Part shown: positions 24,801 through 37,842 of the stretch, in pieces
Layout: each line of letters begins with the position of its first letter
Position numbering within the stretch: position 1 is the first letter of the stretch
NCBI GenBank assembly: GCA_951406725.2
Contig: OX597833.1
Span: 41,974,001 to 42,038,000 of the forward strand
DNA: 64,000 nt
From: Octopus vulgaris
Lineage: Eukaryota
Direction of reading: 5' to 3'
Translations under genes and position numbers: made by a program
Notes under the pieces: generated by a model
The model's input: only the letters and a program-made list of their open reading frames with translations
Told to the model about the DNA's origin: nothing
Database searches by the model: none

Positions 24801-27800
24801 CACTATTTTTTTTTGCATGTGATTATGGTCTTCTTCATCTTTAATCTTTTATGTGTGTCAGTCATTTGACTGTGGTCATGCTGGAGCACTGCCAGGACAT
24901 TTTCTTTAAGTCTGGTACTTATTTGATTGGTCTCTTTTGCTGAATTGTTAAGTTACAGGAACATAAACACACCAACACCAGTTGTCAAGTAGTGGTGGGG
25001 AACAAACACATACACACACACACACACACATACATGACGGGCTTCTTTCAGTTTCCATCTACATTTACAAGGCTATAGTAGAAGACACTTTTCTAGGGTG
25101 CCATGCAGTGGGACTGAACCCAGAACCATGTTGTTGAGAAGCTTCTTACCATACAACCACATGCAAATTACAGGGTGGTGGGGGCTGCAATATCTGTTGA
25201 TGTATATGTTGGTATGTGAAAACTTTAGGTGCAGGAGTGGCTGAGTGGTAAGTAGCTAGGCACAGGAGTGGCTGTGTGGTAAGTAGCTTGCTTACCAACC
25301 ACATAGTTTCAGGTTCAGTCCCACTGCGTGGCACCTTGGGCAAGTGTCTTCTATAATAGCCTCGGGCTGACCAAAGCCTTGTGAGTGGATTTGGTAGAGG
25401 GAAACTGAAAGAAGCCCGTCATATATATATAAATATATATGTATGTGTATGTGTGTGTATAATGCTTGTGTGTCTGTGTTTGTCCCCCCCACCATTGCTT
25501 GACAACCAATGCTGGTGAGTTTACGTCCCCATAACTTAGCAGTTCGGCAAAAGAGTCCGATAGAATAAGTACCAGGCTTACAAAGAATAAGTCCTGGGGT
25601 CAATTTGCTCGACTAAAGGCGGTGCTCCAGCATGGCCACAGTCAAATGACTGAAACAAGTAAAAGAGAAAAGAGTAAAAAGAGAAAAGAGTAAAAAAAGT
25701 ATAAATGAGAAATAGTTGGCAATAACACAGCTCCAGACTGATATTATATAAAGAACCCTTATTTCTAAACTAGTGGTAATGATGTTATTTTAATTGACAA
25801 TATTTACATATTGTAAATATATACTTTGAGGCACAAAAGCAAATATCAAATAAAATAGCTCAAACTACACAATGGTAACTAACAACACAATTCAACTTAT
25901 TCAAATACACAGACAAACTCTAACACCCCACATTAATTCACATTAATTCACATTAATTCACATGCTACAAACATAGACACTCCCACCCCTCTCTGAATTT
26001 GAAAAGCATTAACCCTCCATATCCACTCTAAATTATAAAACAGGCTTCAAATCTTTACTTAAAACAATTAGTAGCACCAAGAGTCCCAACAACAGTGACA
26101 TTGGCAGTACATGTTACCATCACTATAGGTGCAGGAGTGGCTGTGTGGTAAGGAGCTTGCTTACGAACCACATGGTTCTGGGTTCAGTCCCACTGCGTGA
26201 CACCTTGGGCAAGTGTCTTCTACTATAGTCTCAGGTCAACCAAAGCCTTGTGAGTGGATTTGGTAGACAGAAACTGAAAGAAGCCCGTCGTATATATGTA
26301 TATATATACGTATAGGCACAGGAGTGGCTGTGTGGTAAGTAGTTTGCTTACGAACCACATGGTTCTGGGTTCAGTCCCACTGCGTGACACCTTGGGCAAG
26401 TGTCTTCTACTATAGCCTCGGGTCAACCAAAGCCTTGTGAGTGGATTTGGTAGACAGAAACTGAAAGAAGCCCGTCGTATATATGTATATATATACGTAT
26501 AGACGCAGGAGTGGCTGTGTGGTAAGGAGCATGCTTACGAACCACATGGTTCTGGGTTCAGTCCCACTGTGTGGCATCTTGGGCAAGTGTCTTCTACTAT
26601 AGCCTTGGGCTAACCAAAGCCTTGTGAGTGGATTTGAAAGAAGCTCGTCATATATATGTATGTGTGTGTGTGTGTGTGTGTTTGTGTGCCTGTATTTGTC
26701 CCCCTAGCATTGCTTGACAACCGATGCTGGTGTGTTTATGTCCCCGTCACTTAGCAGTTCGGTAAAAGAGACTGATAAAATAAGTACTAGGTTTACAAAG
26801 AATAAGTCCTGGGGTCAATTTGCTCAACTAAAGGTGATGCTCCAGCATCGATGACTGAAACAAGTAAAAGAGTATCACTATGATAAAAAAAACACTCTTA
26901 GCATTCACATTGTCCTATCAAAAGTAATACTTATTTATTCACATGTTTTGAATTAACCTGGCATTATTGTGTGAGTTTGAGATTTTGATGAGGTAACTCT
27001 TCATTTTGAGAATAACATTGTTGGGTTAATGTGAGAGGCCAAATCTGGCCAGTTTTTAACATAAAACAGGTAGAATATTTGGTATATATAGATATGTATC
27101 TATATATATGTGAACGTGTATGTTTGTGTGTCTGTGTTTGTCCCCCTAGCATTGCTTGACAACCGATGCTAGTGTGTTTATGTCGCTGTCACTTAGCAGT
27201 TCGGCAAAAGAGACCAATAGAATAAGTACTAAGCTTACAAAGAATAAGTCCCGGGGTTAATTTGCTCGACTAAAGGTGGTGCTCCAGCATGGCCACAGTC
27301 AAATGACTGAAACAAGTAAATTTAACTATTGTTCTTTGATGCAGATAATGTCTAAGAGTATTTTTTCTTTTAATATTTCTGTTTCTACACCAACAAATGT
27401 TCATATTAGAACTGAGAAATTCTAATATGATCAAAACATGTCCAAAGCTGTCTCCCATTCTTCATAAAATACTTAAAATAATATTAGTCAATCACTAGTA
27501 TTGTTTTGCAGTAATTATTCCTGGTTAATACATTTAATGCTTTGTCTAACCAGAAGACAGTAGACATAGGCAAACAGGTTGAGTTCAGGGCACAACAAAA
27601 CAGTGTCAACCTGCATCCAGTATGTCAGGCATCCCTCACAAGACAGAAAGTGCTTTCTGTTGCACTGTATAACCACTGCAATCCAAGGTTATACAGAGCA
27701 ATCCGTGAAGCTCATCAAACATACATCAGTTGGATTTTGAATGTAAATTTGGAGATATGAAAGATACCTAAAAAGAAAAAAAAACAACTGCATTAAATAT

Positions 27801-30800
27801 GCCAGCTGTTATTTTGTCATTTAGCTTTGTCATTTAATTCTCCTTCGGCTGCTCTGCATTGATAACAGGCAAATACCTATTTCTTTATTACCCACAAGGG
27901 GCTAAACATAGAGGGGACAAACAAGGACAGACATAGGTATTAAGTCGATTACATCAACCCCAGTGTGAAACTGGTACTTTATTTATCGACCCCGAAAGGA
28001 TGAAAGGCAAAGTTGACCTCGGAGGAATACCCTGAAACTAGTCTGCAGATGCCTGACCAGCAAGGGGAAGCAGCTGACCTCCCCTGTTCGAAGGTTGTAA
28101 TGGACACAGGTTAGTGTGTCAAATAGCTAGCTAGAGGCGATGGCCTCTTGGAGCTAATCAACAGCAGCATTCGTCCTATATTTCTGAACTGCCATATTAG
28201 CTTGGTGATAACTATTACTATATTTTATTGATACTTTCCAATTTAATCTTCCCATTATAAGCATAAAACCTTAATTAGATGACCAACTCAAACAATGAAT
28301 TATATCCTTGAACTAATTCTATTATCTCTGATTCCTAATTATTTTATCTAAGTTATAGATCCTTTATGTACTCTTTCTTCTCTTAAAGTATCCTTGACAC
28401 ATTTCTTTTTATTTGTTTTCCTGTTAAAGTACCTTTCAAATGTATATTAAAACTGTATTGCAATTTGTTACAGGGTGTCCCAGTTGTTTGTCATATCTGG
28501 CATGTTTACCGTACCTGAAGTAACTCTTATCTTCAACATAATTACATAGAAAAACAATTGATAAGACTGACTTTAAGACTAAATGCATATTTGTTCTGGG
28601 TGGTGGGTATAACTAGTACTGGGTCAGTACTAGTATCTGGCTCTTTAATGCCTTTGGTGGGTATTGTTCTGTTTGGACCCTTTCCCATTCTCTCCATGAC
28701 TCTGTTTCTTTTCACAGTAAATGTTTGGGCTGGATATCAGCTGCCTCAAATGTACTAGTCAAGAAGTTAGAGCATGCATAGATCATGAACATTGAAATTC
28801 TTCCACCAATAGCTTATAAAGCAAAAGCATAAAAGTAGTAGTAGTAGTAGAGGTGGTGGTGGTGGTGGTGGTGGTGGCGGCAGTGGCAGTGGCAGTGGTG
28901 GTAGCAGTGGTGGTAGGGATTGTGAAGAGAAGGGAGTGTTCATTTGAAAGTTACAATTGCTAATCCAATAATTATTAGTTCCCAGTACACATTTTCATTG
29001 AAGGTGGGTCTTATTTGTTCTTACACCCTATGTGTGCATGTGTGTACCATCCTCACATTCTGGGTAAATACATCCGTTATGAAATTACTCAGATCATTCC
29101 CCTCAGATGTTCTTCACAGCTTTTAGTTCTAGCTGATAATAGAGGTAGCAGTGATCAGCTGGTTTACAAGTGATTGAGCCACCAGATGTTGAAAGTTGAA
29201 CAATTAGTTTAAGAGTTCTGAATTCAGTTCTCATTGTCAGTGTTTTGTTGTTTTGTGTCTCCCTGAGAATTTAATTTGTCTAACTTCACATCTATCAGTG
29301 TTCCTAGCCATACTACTGGTGGCATGTCATACAAGTAGAGATGATTTATTTCACATGCACTTAACATCATAGAAATAAATGATTGAAAGTTATAGTTTGG
29401 ACCAAAATAAACACACAAATAAAAATACAGTAATAATACATGGAAAACGAAAAGAGATCAACAGAAAAGAAATGAAGTGGAAAGAAAGTGAGAAAGTAAA
29501 GAGAAAATGAGAAGAAAACAAAAAGGGGATAATCATGACTAGAATACTGTTGATCATAAATCTATTCAATGGGAGTCAACCTTGAATTAAACAAGAAACA
29601 ATGCAAACATCAATATCTGATATATCTTGAATGGTCTTCAAAGGCACAGGAGTAGCTGTGTGGTAAGTAGCTTGCTTACCAACCACATGGTTCCAGGTTC
29701 ACTTCCATTGCGTGGCACCTTGGGCAAGTGTCTTCTACTATAGCCTCAGGCTGACCAAAGGCTTGTGAGTGAATTTGGTAGACGGAAACTGAAAGAAGCC
29801 CGTCGTATATATGTATATATATATATATGTGTATGTGTGTGTATATGTTTGTCCCCCACTCCCAACATCGCTTGACAACCGATGCTGGTGTGTTTACGTC
29901 CCCGTAACTTAGCGGTTCAGTAAAAGAGACTGATAGAATTAGTACTAGCCTTACAAAGAATAAGTCCTGGGTTCGATTTGGTCGACTAAAGGCGGTGATC
30001 CAGCATGGCCACAGTCAAATGACTGAAACAAGTAAAAGAGTAGAGATCATGGGGACAGATTTTTTTCTTCCTGACAAAATTCATAAAATATGGAATCAAT
30101 AAAGGATAGGCTTTTACATAGTTTCAAGGTATCCAATTTTATGCACAAGCAGTTGACACAATGACCCAAAACTTTAATAAAAGTACTTTACCAATGTCCT
30201 GCATTGTATGACATAAATCAGAACCTTGTGACTGCAAAACAACCTCATACACTCATTGAGTGTGTATATGGTGTGAAATCACCTGAGGAAATGAATCAAT
30301 GATGATGATCAACTGGATGCCCACAGATGCTGTGTACTACACTGTAATCATCCCAGGAATATGGGCTGTGATCTTAAGGGACATGTGATTTGTGGTAATG
30401 CATGTAGTGATGCATTAAATGTTTATAAATTCCATCCTAGGATTATAGTTATTATTATTAATATTATTATTCTCTTTACTCTCTTTACTCTTTTACTTGT
30501 TTCAGTCATATGACTGCGGCCATGCTGGAGCACCACCTTTAATCGAGCAACTTGACCTTGGGACTTATTCTTTGTAAGCCTAGTACTTATTCTATCGGTC
30601 TCTTTTGCTGAACTGCTAAGTGACGGGGACATAAACACACCAGCATCAGTTGTCAAGCAATGCTAGGGGGACAAACACAGACACACAAACACACACGCAC
30701 ATATATACATATATACGATGGGCTTCTTTCAGTTTCCGTCTACCAAATCCACTCACAAGGCTTTGGTCGGCCCGAGGCTATAGTAGAAGACACTTGCCCA

Positions 30801-30890
30801 AGGTGCCACACAGTGGGACTGGACCCGGAACCATGTGGTTGGTAAGCAAGCTACTTACCACACAGCCACTCCTGCGCCTATTATTATTTT

Positions 30891-30928
<38 letters not shown>

Positions 30929-31170
30929 GCTAAGGTTGAGATTATTGTTTTTGTAAGGCTCTTTGTCCATTTTAATAGTTGTGTGTGTTATGTTTTTGAT
31001 TTCAAGTGTAATGCTTGTACTGAAGGGTTCATGATTGTTTATATTCATTTTTTTGGTGGCCTGCTCATGATTTAGGTGTTGTACATTGGGTAGGGTATTT
31101 GTTTTTTTCATTAATGATGGTTATTATATATTTTTATGGGTAGGTTATATTGTGGAGGCATATGGTTTAA

Positions 31171-31390
31171 CCCTTTCGTTACCAACCCAGCTGAAACCAG
31201 CTTTGGCTCTGAGTACAAATGTCTTGTTTTCATAAGTTTTGAATTAAAATCTTCCACCAAACCCTAGTCACAATCTATGTTCCTAACACTAACTGAATGA
31301 TAACTAAGTTATTTTATTAAATTCTTTGTTATATTCAAAGTAATTCAAAGAAACACAGAGCATCTCAAAACAAATACAGTAACGAAAGGG
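31171..31390. mobile_element. piggyBac-type MITE (220 bp) inserted in a SINE head
   Basis: Perfect 12-bp TIR CCCTTTCGTTAC/GTAACGAAAGGG with TTAA TSD; splits GGAGGCATATGGTTTAA|TGGTTAGGGTGTTGGAC. Confidence 0.92.
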
Positions 31391-31789
31391 TTAATGGTTA
31401 GGGTGTTGGACTCATAATTGGAAGATTGTGAGTTTGATTCCTGGATCAGGCAACGTGTTGTGTTCTTGAGCAAAGCTCTTCATTTCACATTGCTCCAGTC
31501 CACTCAGCTGGCAAAATTGAGTAGTCCTGTGATAGACCAGCGTCCTGTCCAAGCTGGGAATTTATATGCCATGGAAACTGGGAAACTGTCTTTATAGGTC
31601 TGTATGACCCAGGAATATTATTCTATTTGTTATATCAAGCTCAATTCTTGCTGGGGCATTGACTATCTAGAATTATCTCTAAAAATGTCTGACCATATTT
31701 GTGTAGACATCCTGAGCTTGTTTGTGACTTGAATTAATTAATGTGTGTTTTGATGTTAATATTTGATAAAGTTCTGTGGAATGCAAAGA

Positions 31790-33860
31790 ATTGGATATGA
31801 TAAGCTGCATCTATTTTCCTCTACCTGATAAGGCTTAGCAGTACTAATTAGTTCCCAATCGATAGAATAGCTATTGCTTCTGTCTTTAATTGACCAAATT
31901 AGTTTAGTTAGGCTTGTATTATTTATTATTTTCCTATCTCTAAAGAAATTTAAATGATTGGTCAGTTTCGTTTTTTCAAAAAGAGAGCTTGCCCCTATAT
32001 AAAAGTATCCCTTCCCGCCAAGGTAACTTTGTATCTATAAACCAGGTTCTTAGTTTTGCATTTTGAGTTCAATGGGCATACTTTATCTCTAGTACAATTG
32101 CATAAACCTGTTTCTATTATTTATTGTGTTATTGTCTTTACTAGAAGTCTCTCCTATTTTCCCTCCTCTGGTCTATTATTAATTCTGAATTCCCAATGGA
32201 TATTAGCTTTCTATGCCTGTGAAAGAATTTTTTAGGGTTGTTTCCCTTTGACAGTTGATTTTACTCCAGCGCATGCTACTATGGTTTCATCGACTATGTC
32301 CCTTCTGTTGTTAGTTATTTCTTCCCTTTTATTCAGATTTAGATTACTAGGATCCCCTGGGAAGTTGTATATTTTATTAGCATTATGTGCCACTGTTATT
32401 TGTGCCAGGTTGCAACTATTGGAAAAGGTGAAGCATACATTGTGTCTATTAAATATTTTGTGGTACTTGCTATTTTTAAGAAAGTATTTTTTTTATTGCT
32501 ATATAGAACAGTCTAAGGATGTTGGAAATTACCTGTTTCATGAATAGAGCAATATGCCACAATGTGGTCCTAGAATTATTATTGGTTTTGGTATTTATAG
32601 GTATTTACTGTTTTTAGTGTTAGTGTGATTTAAGATTCTGCAGTGTCTGCTCTGGTGAGCAGACACTTACTATTGTATCTCTTAGTTGCATTCTAAGTGT
32701 GTGAGTGTATGTGTCTATAGTGATCTACCTCATTTCTAATGTACAGCATACTATGTCTTCTGTTGTTGTTTCAGCTATTTACTTTCATATGGAGTTCATA
32801 CTCACTCAAATCCTTGCTATTGCCTTCAGAGCTTGTCACTCTTTGGTTATACCCTATGTTCTCATTCTTTGCTTTTATTTGTTTCTTTATCTTCATATAG
32901 GGATTTAGTAGGTTTTTATGGTTATTTTGTGTGTTATAATTAGGGTCCAGGTAGGTTGCCTTATTATATCCAGCTACCCTGTTTTGGTTTCCCTTGTTGA
33001 ATTCTAATTTTTCTTAATATCCTGCCTTCTCTAGTGCTAAGTTGTAACCCTTGTTTAACCTAAATACTTCTTGGCTGATAGATTTGATATGCAGGTTGAA
33101 ATGTTTGTGACTATGGATTGGGTTCTGCACCTGGGATGATTACTATTTTTGTGAATGTATTTAAGGTTTTTACTAGGCTTATGGTTTGGTTTATATATTC
33201 CAATACTTAGGTCTAGTGCTGTGTCTAAAAAGTTGACTATGTTGTACTTCACCTCTATTGAGATGGAAAACCCAATGTTTTTAGAGGACTTGAATAACTT
33301 TTTCCTATAATTTTCTATCTCTATGTTGGAAGGATTGGGCAGGGTCAGTAGTGCATCTTCCCTGTATAGACATCTACCTATCTTTGGAAATAATTCGTTT
33401 GAGTGGAATAAGATATAAATTCCTACTACATCAGTTAACTGAGTAGAGTCAGTCAAACCCATAGTTACGTCAAATACATCTGGCCTATCATTTCTTATCC
33501 AGTATTTTCTCTCAAATAAGGTGGCGAGTTGGCAGAAATGTTAGCACACTAGGCGAAATGCTTAGCAGTATTTCATCTGTCTTTACATTCTGAGTTCAAA
33601 TTCTGCCAAGGTCAACTTTGCCTTTCATCCTTTTGGGGTCAATAAATTAGGTACCAGTTGCATACTGGGGTCGATCGAATCAACTGGCCCCCTACCCATA
33701 AATTTCGGATCTTGTGCTTAGAGTAGAAAAAAAAGTAATTTTCCTCAAATTTAATAATTGATTTTTCTAGCAGCTAATAACTACATCAACTTCCTCCCAA
33801 GTTAGCTCAGAGATTTTCATTGCAAATATAAGTGCTTCTTTAAGTGAAGATGAGGTTAAC
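31790..33860 (-). mobile_element. Degenerate Penelope-like element (RT plus C-terminal GIY-YIG endonuclease; possibly Nematis-like)
   Basis: Minus strand: LKEALIFA, YWIRN..DVFDVTMG, LYREDAL (YRDD-like), VNFLD, YIHKNSNHP; then YHKIFNRHNV; then CNCTRDKVCPLNSKC...LVY...FYIG...NH...LIWSIKD...WELI. Interrupted by SINE B at 33518-33735. Confidence 0.85.
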
Positions 33861-34198
33861 AGCACATACCTATAATTAACAACACCGCCACCTCCCACAG
33901 AACGCTAACAAAAAGTTACTTCAATCAGAGCACTTTGAGGATGCCCAACAACACCTCCACCTCCTTACTCTTTATTCTTATTTATGTTAACATACACTCC
34001 AGACAATTTTTACCATCCAGTGAAGAGGACATAGAATTACCTATTGGAAGAATTGACAGAGTAACTAACAACTAAATGTAGGCACAGATGTTAGATACTC
34101 ATCGTTAACAGGAACTTAAACGAGAGCTGATATGGTATCCATCCAGATAATATATCCCTCCAAACTCACTTTTATACACACACATGTAAATACATATA

Positions 34199-34242
<44 letters not shown>

Positions 34243-34392
34243 CACACACATATATATACATACATACATTCATATACATTCAAAGACAAATTAATATATA
34301 ATCCCTCTAATAATCAAAATATTAATAATAGAGCTAGTGGCATTAAAGATAAAGTAGTACCTAACTATTCCAATATTAATTAGTATAATAAG

Positions 34393-34593
34393 AAACCTAA
34401 AAACAGCTTAAGGAAAATTATTTGGTTCACCCCCTCCCTTTCCCTTGATATAAAAACTAACATTGGTAAAAAATTCCTGTCACTCCTAGACAAACATTTT
34501 CCAGCCACTCACAGATACAGGAAAATATTTAATAGGCGTTCTGAGAAATTATCATATAGCTGCTACCCCAATATGAAGAGTATCATTACCAAG
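34393..34593 (+). mobile_element. Penelope-like element fragment (RT-endonuclease linker)
   Basis: RKIIWFTPSLSLDIKTNIGKKFLSLLDKHFPATHRYRKIFNRRSEKLSYSCYPNMKSII. Confidence 0.8.
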
Positions 34594-36925
34594 AACCTGA
34601 ATCCAGCTGCAACTTTCATGACCCAGGATCCTGTCCATTTGACCAATAACGTACGACTAAATCTATCATATATGAGGCGGAAGTTGCTGCAACCCTAAAT
34701 GAGTTTAGCCTCTCCAAGCTAAACTCATTTCTACAGCTGTGTGGCCTGGAACAACATGAAACAATGTGTTTTGCTGATGAATACAACGGATCACCCAGTT
34801 CAGGTATCAAAACCACAATCTTATGGTTGTGAATCCAACACCCCAACCACTAAGCAACACACTTCTACTAGTACTACTCATTTCTACAGTTGAGTGGACT
34901 GGAGCAAAGTGAAATGAAGTGTTTTGCTCAAGAACACAATCCATCACCTGGTCCAGGAATCGAAACTACAATCTTGTGATTGTGAGTCCAACACACTAAC
35001 CACTAAGCCATGCACCTCCAAGCCATTTAGAAGGTTAAAAACTTTCACAAAAACAGAAGCCTTTGAAACATGTGTCACTCATGGCACTATTAGCAGTCAC
35101 ACATTGCCAGGACAGCCAAGCTCTCAACAGTTTGATGAGAGCTATCACTGAGCAGTTTAATCCTTTAGCATTTAAACCAGCCATATCTGGCCAAAATATT
35201 CCACTCGCTTTATGTTCAAACTGGCCAGATCTGGCATCTCACACCTACCCTAGGATGTCATTTTGAGCATAAACAATCATGTTATTGAAATCTCAAGGTT
35301 ACAAGTGGTAGCCTTTGTGGTTTCATATTTTGGCACAAGGCCTGAAATTGTTGGAGAAGAGAGAAGCCAGGAGATAGATAGATAGACAGAAAGGCAGGCA
35401 GGCAGATAGATAGATAGGACTGGCAGGTAGGCAGATAGATAGGACTGATAGAGAGGCAGGCAGGCAGATAGATAGATCAGACAGACATGTAGATAGATAG
35501 ATAGCACTGATAGGCAGGCAGGCAGATAGATAGATAGACAGGCAGGCAGATAGATAGGACTGATAGACAGTTTTGAATACAAGATAAATTCAAAACAATG
35601 TGAATAAATAAGCATTATATTTGACAGAGTTTTATTTGAAAGCTAAAGGGTTAAGATGGCAAAGTCCACTGTGAGAAAGTGTGGTGCATAAGAATGTCCA
35701 ACATTATGAGAAGAGTGCATCTATGTCTGACAAGGTTTGGAAGAAATGTAAGAACATATGACTCCCATCAAGTGGCCTTCTAGCTCTTCTGATTTGAATT
35801 ACAGCATCTGAAACTTCATCATTGGGCAGGGTGCCGGCTGCCAGCTATTTGATGTGAGCAACTTGTTGGGGGGTCCCCATCAGAGGTGTGGTCGGTGTTA
35901 TGCGTAACAGTCACATGAGCCTGGTATGCAGTCACTTTCATGCCCACATTGGAACCATCAATGGAATTGAGAATGATTATGTTGAAAGGCGTGTTCCTTT
36001 CATGTATTTATTTGACTGTGTATGGTATTCTACTGGGACAATTTTTTTTTCTGTTTGATGTTTTTTCCTTCAAGGTTGCCTGGTGCACTATTCATATACA
36101 TGTATGCATGCATGCACAGACACATACATACCATGTGGATAAGCAAAACATGAGTTTGATTTTTATGAAATACAACCTCTGTCCTTGCGTGTATATGTGT
36201 GCATGCTCCAGTTTGGTTAGGATTGGTTTCTATAGCTGGATGTTCTTTTATGAAATACAACCTCTGTCCTTGCATGCATATGTCTGCCATTAAGTCTTGA
36301 GTTCGAATTCTGCCGAGGTCAACTTTGCCTTTCATCCTTTCGGGGTCAATAAAAATTAGTACCAGTTATGTATTGGGGTCGATGTAATCGACTTAATCCC
36401 TTCTCCCAAAATCTGAGGCCTTGTGCTTTCAGTAGAAAGGATTTATTAAAGTTGAAAAAGTGTAACACTGCCATTCACATTTATTATATTAGATATGTTT
36501 ATTTTGGGAGAAACTTTATTTCAATTAAAGTGTATTTTATATGTGTGTGTGTGTGTGTGTGTGCGTGTGTGTATTAAAGAAAGCAAAAAATAAAACAAAA
36601 ATGATAGTGTTCAGTATGTTGGTGACAGGAATTTCTGTCAAAGTGACATGGTTAAACAAAGTTGTACATCATCTCCCTCTTTCTCTCTTTTATTATTACT
36701 CCCACTGCCACCATCAACTTTACTACTTTTAATAAAACATCATCAACTCTCCCTAAATTTCTTTGTCTCTCTTTCACTCTCTCTCTCTCTCTCTCTGTCA
36801 CCACCCTCATGGTCTCTATGCCTACTACTTTCACCCCATCATGAGTAATAGTAGGAGTGTCATTGAATAGTGAGAGAGGGGGTCTAAATGTAACACACTG
36901 ACACAAAAAAATTAGTTTATGCATT

Positions 36926-36973
<48 letters not shown>

Positions 36974-37019
36974 CAACAATTGAGGGTAAAATTAATTAAT
37001 TATTAATCAAGATTGTTTC

Positions 37020-37071
37020 TGAGCTGATGATAGAAGTGTCGTGTTGACTAATCTTGAAACGTACGTTCTCA
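37020..37071 (+). ncRNA. Type I hammerhead ribozyme (palindromic helix III)
   Basis: TGAG-CTGATGA-(imperfect stem II)-GAAAC-GTAC-GTT-CTCA; helix I TGAG/CTCA; predicted cleavage after 37067. Confidence 0.75.
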
Positions 37072-37578
37072 AATAACCTTTGCATTTGATTTTTTGATGT
37101 CTTTACCCCCAAACTTTCGTGAGTTGAGTTGGGCAAACACTATATGAGAGAGATTTTCTTTAAGTATTAGAAATAGTTTTAAAAAAGTTTTTTAGCTGCT
37201 ATTTCTAATGAGTTCAGTATGCGGCAAAGTAATTTATTTTACTAAGCCCTTTTATATAATGTAATAATTTGAATTCGCCTTAAATGGTCCCTTTGCATAC
37301 TGAACACTTGGTGAAATTGATTAATAATTAATTAATTTTACCCTCAATTGTTGAAATTATAATTAATCTCCTCTAATTAATGCTTCGGATTTTACCGAAA
37401 TAAGCATAGTGTTTGGTGATTTTAACCCACGCTGGTGGAAAGGGGAGAACAGAAATTCTTCGCTTGCATATTTGAGTTTGTTGGCACTGTTAGTTACGAG
37501 CAGATCTTCGAAAGCGATGAGAAGCCGAAAGGGTATGCTCTCACTTTCAGTGTTTTCAAATCCAAACCAAGGAGTTTC

Positions 37579-37630
37579 TGAGCTGATGATAGAAGTGTCG
37601 TGTTGACTAATCTTGAAACGTATGTTCTCA
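37579..37630 (+). ncRNA. Type I hammerhead ribozyme, second tandem copy
   Basis: Identical to 37020-37071 except that the helix III loop is GTAT; predicted cleavage after 37626. Confidence 0.7.
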
Positions 37631-37809
37631 AATAACCTTTGCATTTGATTTTTTGATGTCTTTACCCCCAAACTTTCGTGAGTTGAGTTGGGCAAACACT
37701 ATATGAGAGAGATTTTTTTAAGTATTAGAAATAGTTTTAAAAAGTTTTTTAGCTGCTATTTCTAATGAGTTCAGTATGCGGCAAAGTAATTTATTTTACT
37801 AAGCCCTTT

Positions 37810-37842
<33 letters not shown>

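Larger units (their letters stand above)
36971..37812 (+). mobile_element. Non-autonomous Penelope-type / retrozyme-like element with tandem hammerhead-bearing repeats
   Basis: ~240-bp near-identical direct repeats (37015-37257, 37574-37812), each starting with CTGATGA...GAAACGTA(C/T)GTT. 36971-37010 is an inverted copy of 37317-37356. (TA)n on both flanks. Confidence 0.8.

Noticed and set aside
25228-25345. SINE heads as real tRNA genes
   Set aside because: They have A/B-box similarity but no full cloverleaf and continue into shared SINE bodies.
28558-28758. Hydrophobic 66-aa ORF, and an opposite-strand frame with an in-frame TGA
   Set aside because: No motif, no SECIS-like element seen, no splice support.
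37363-37695. 110-aa minus-strand ORF
   Set aside because: Antisense to the hammerhead-bearing unit, no known motif; RNA structure explains the region better.
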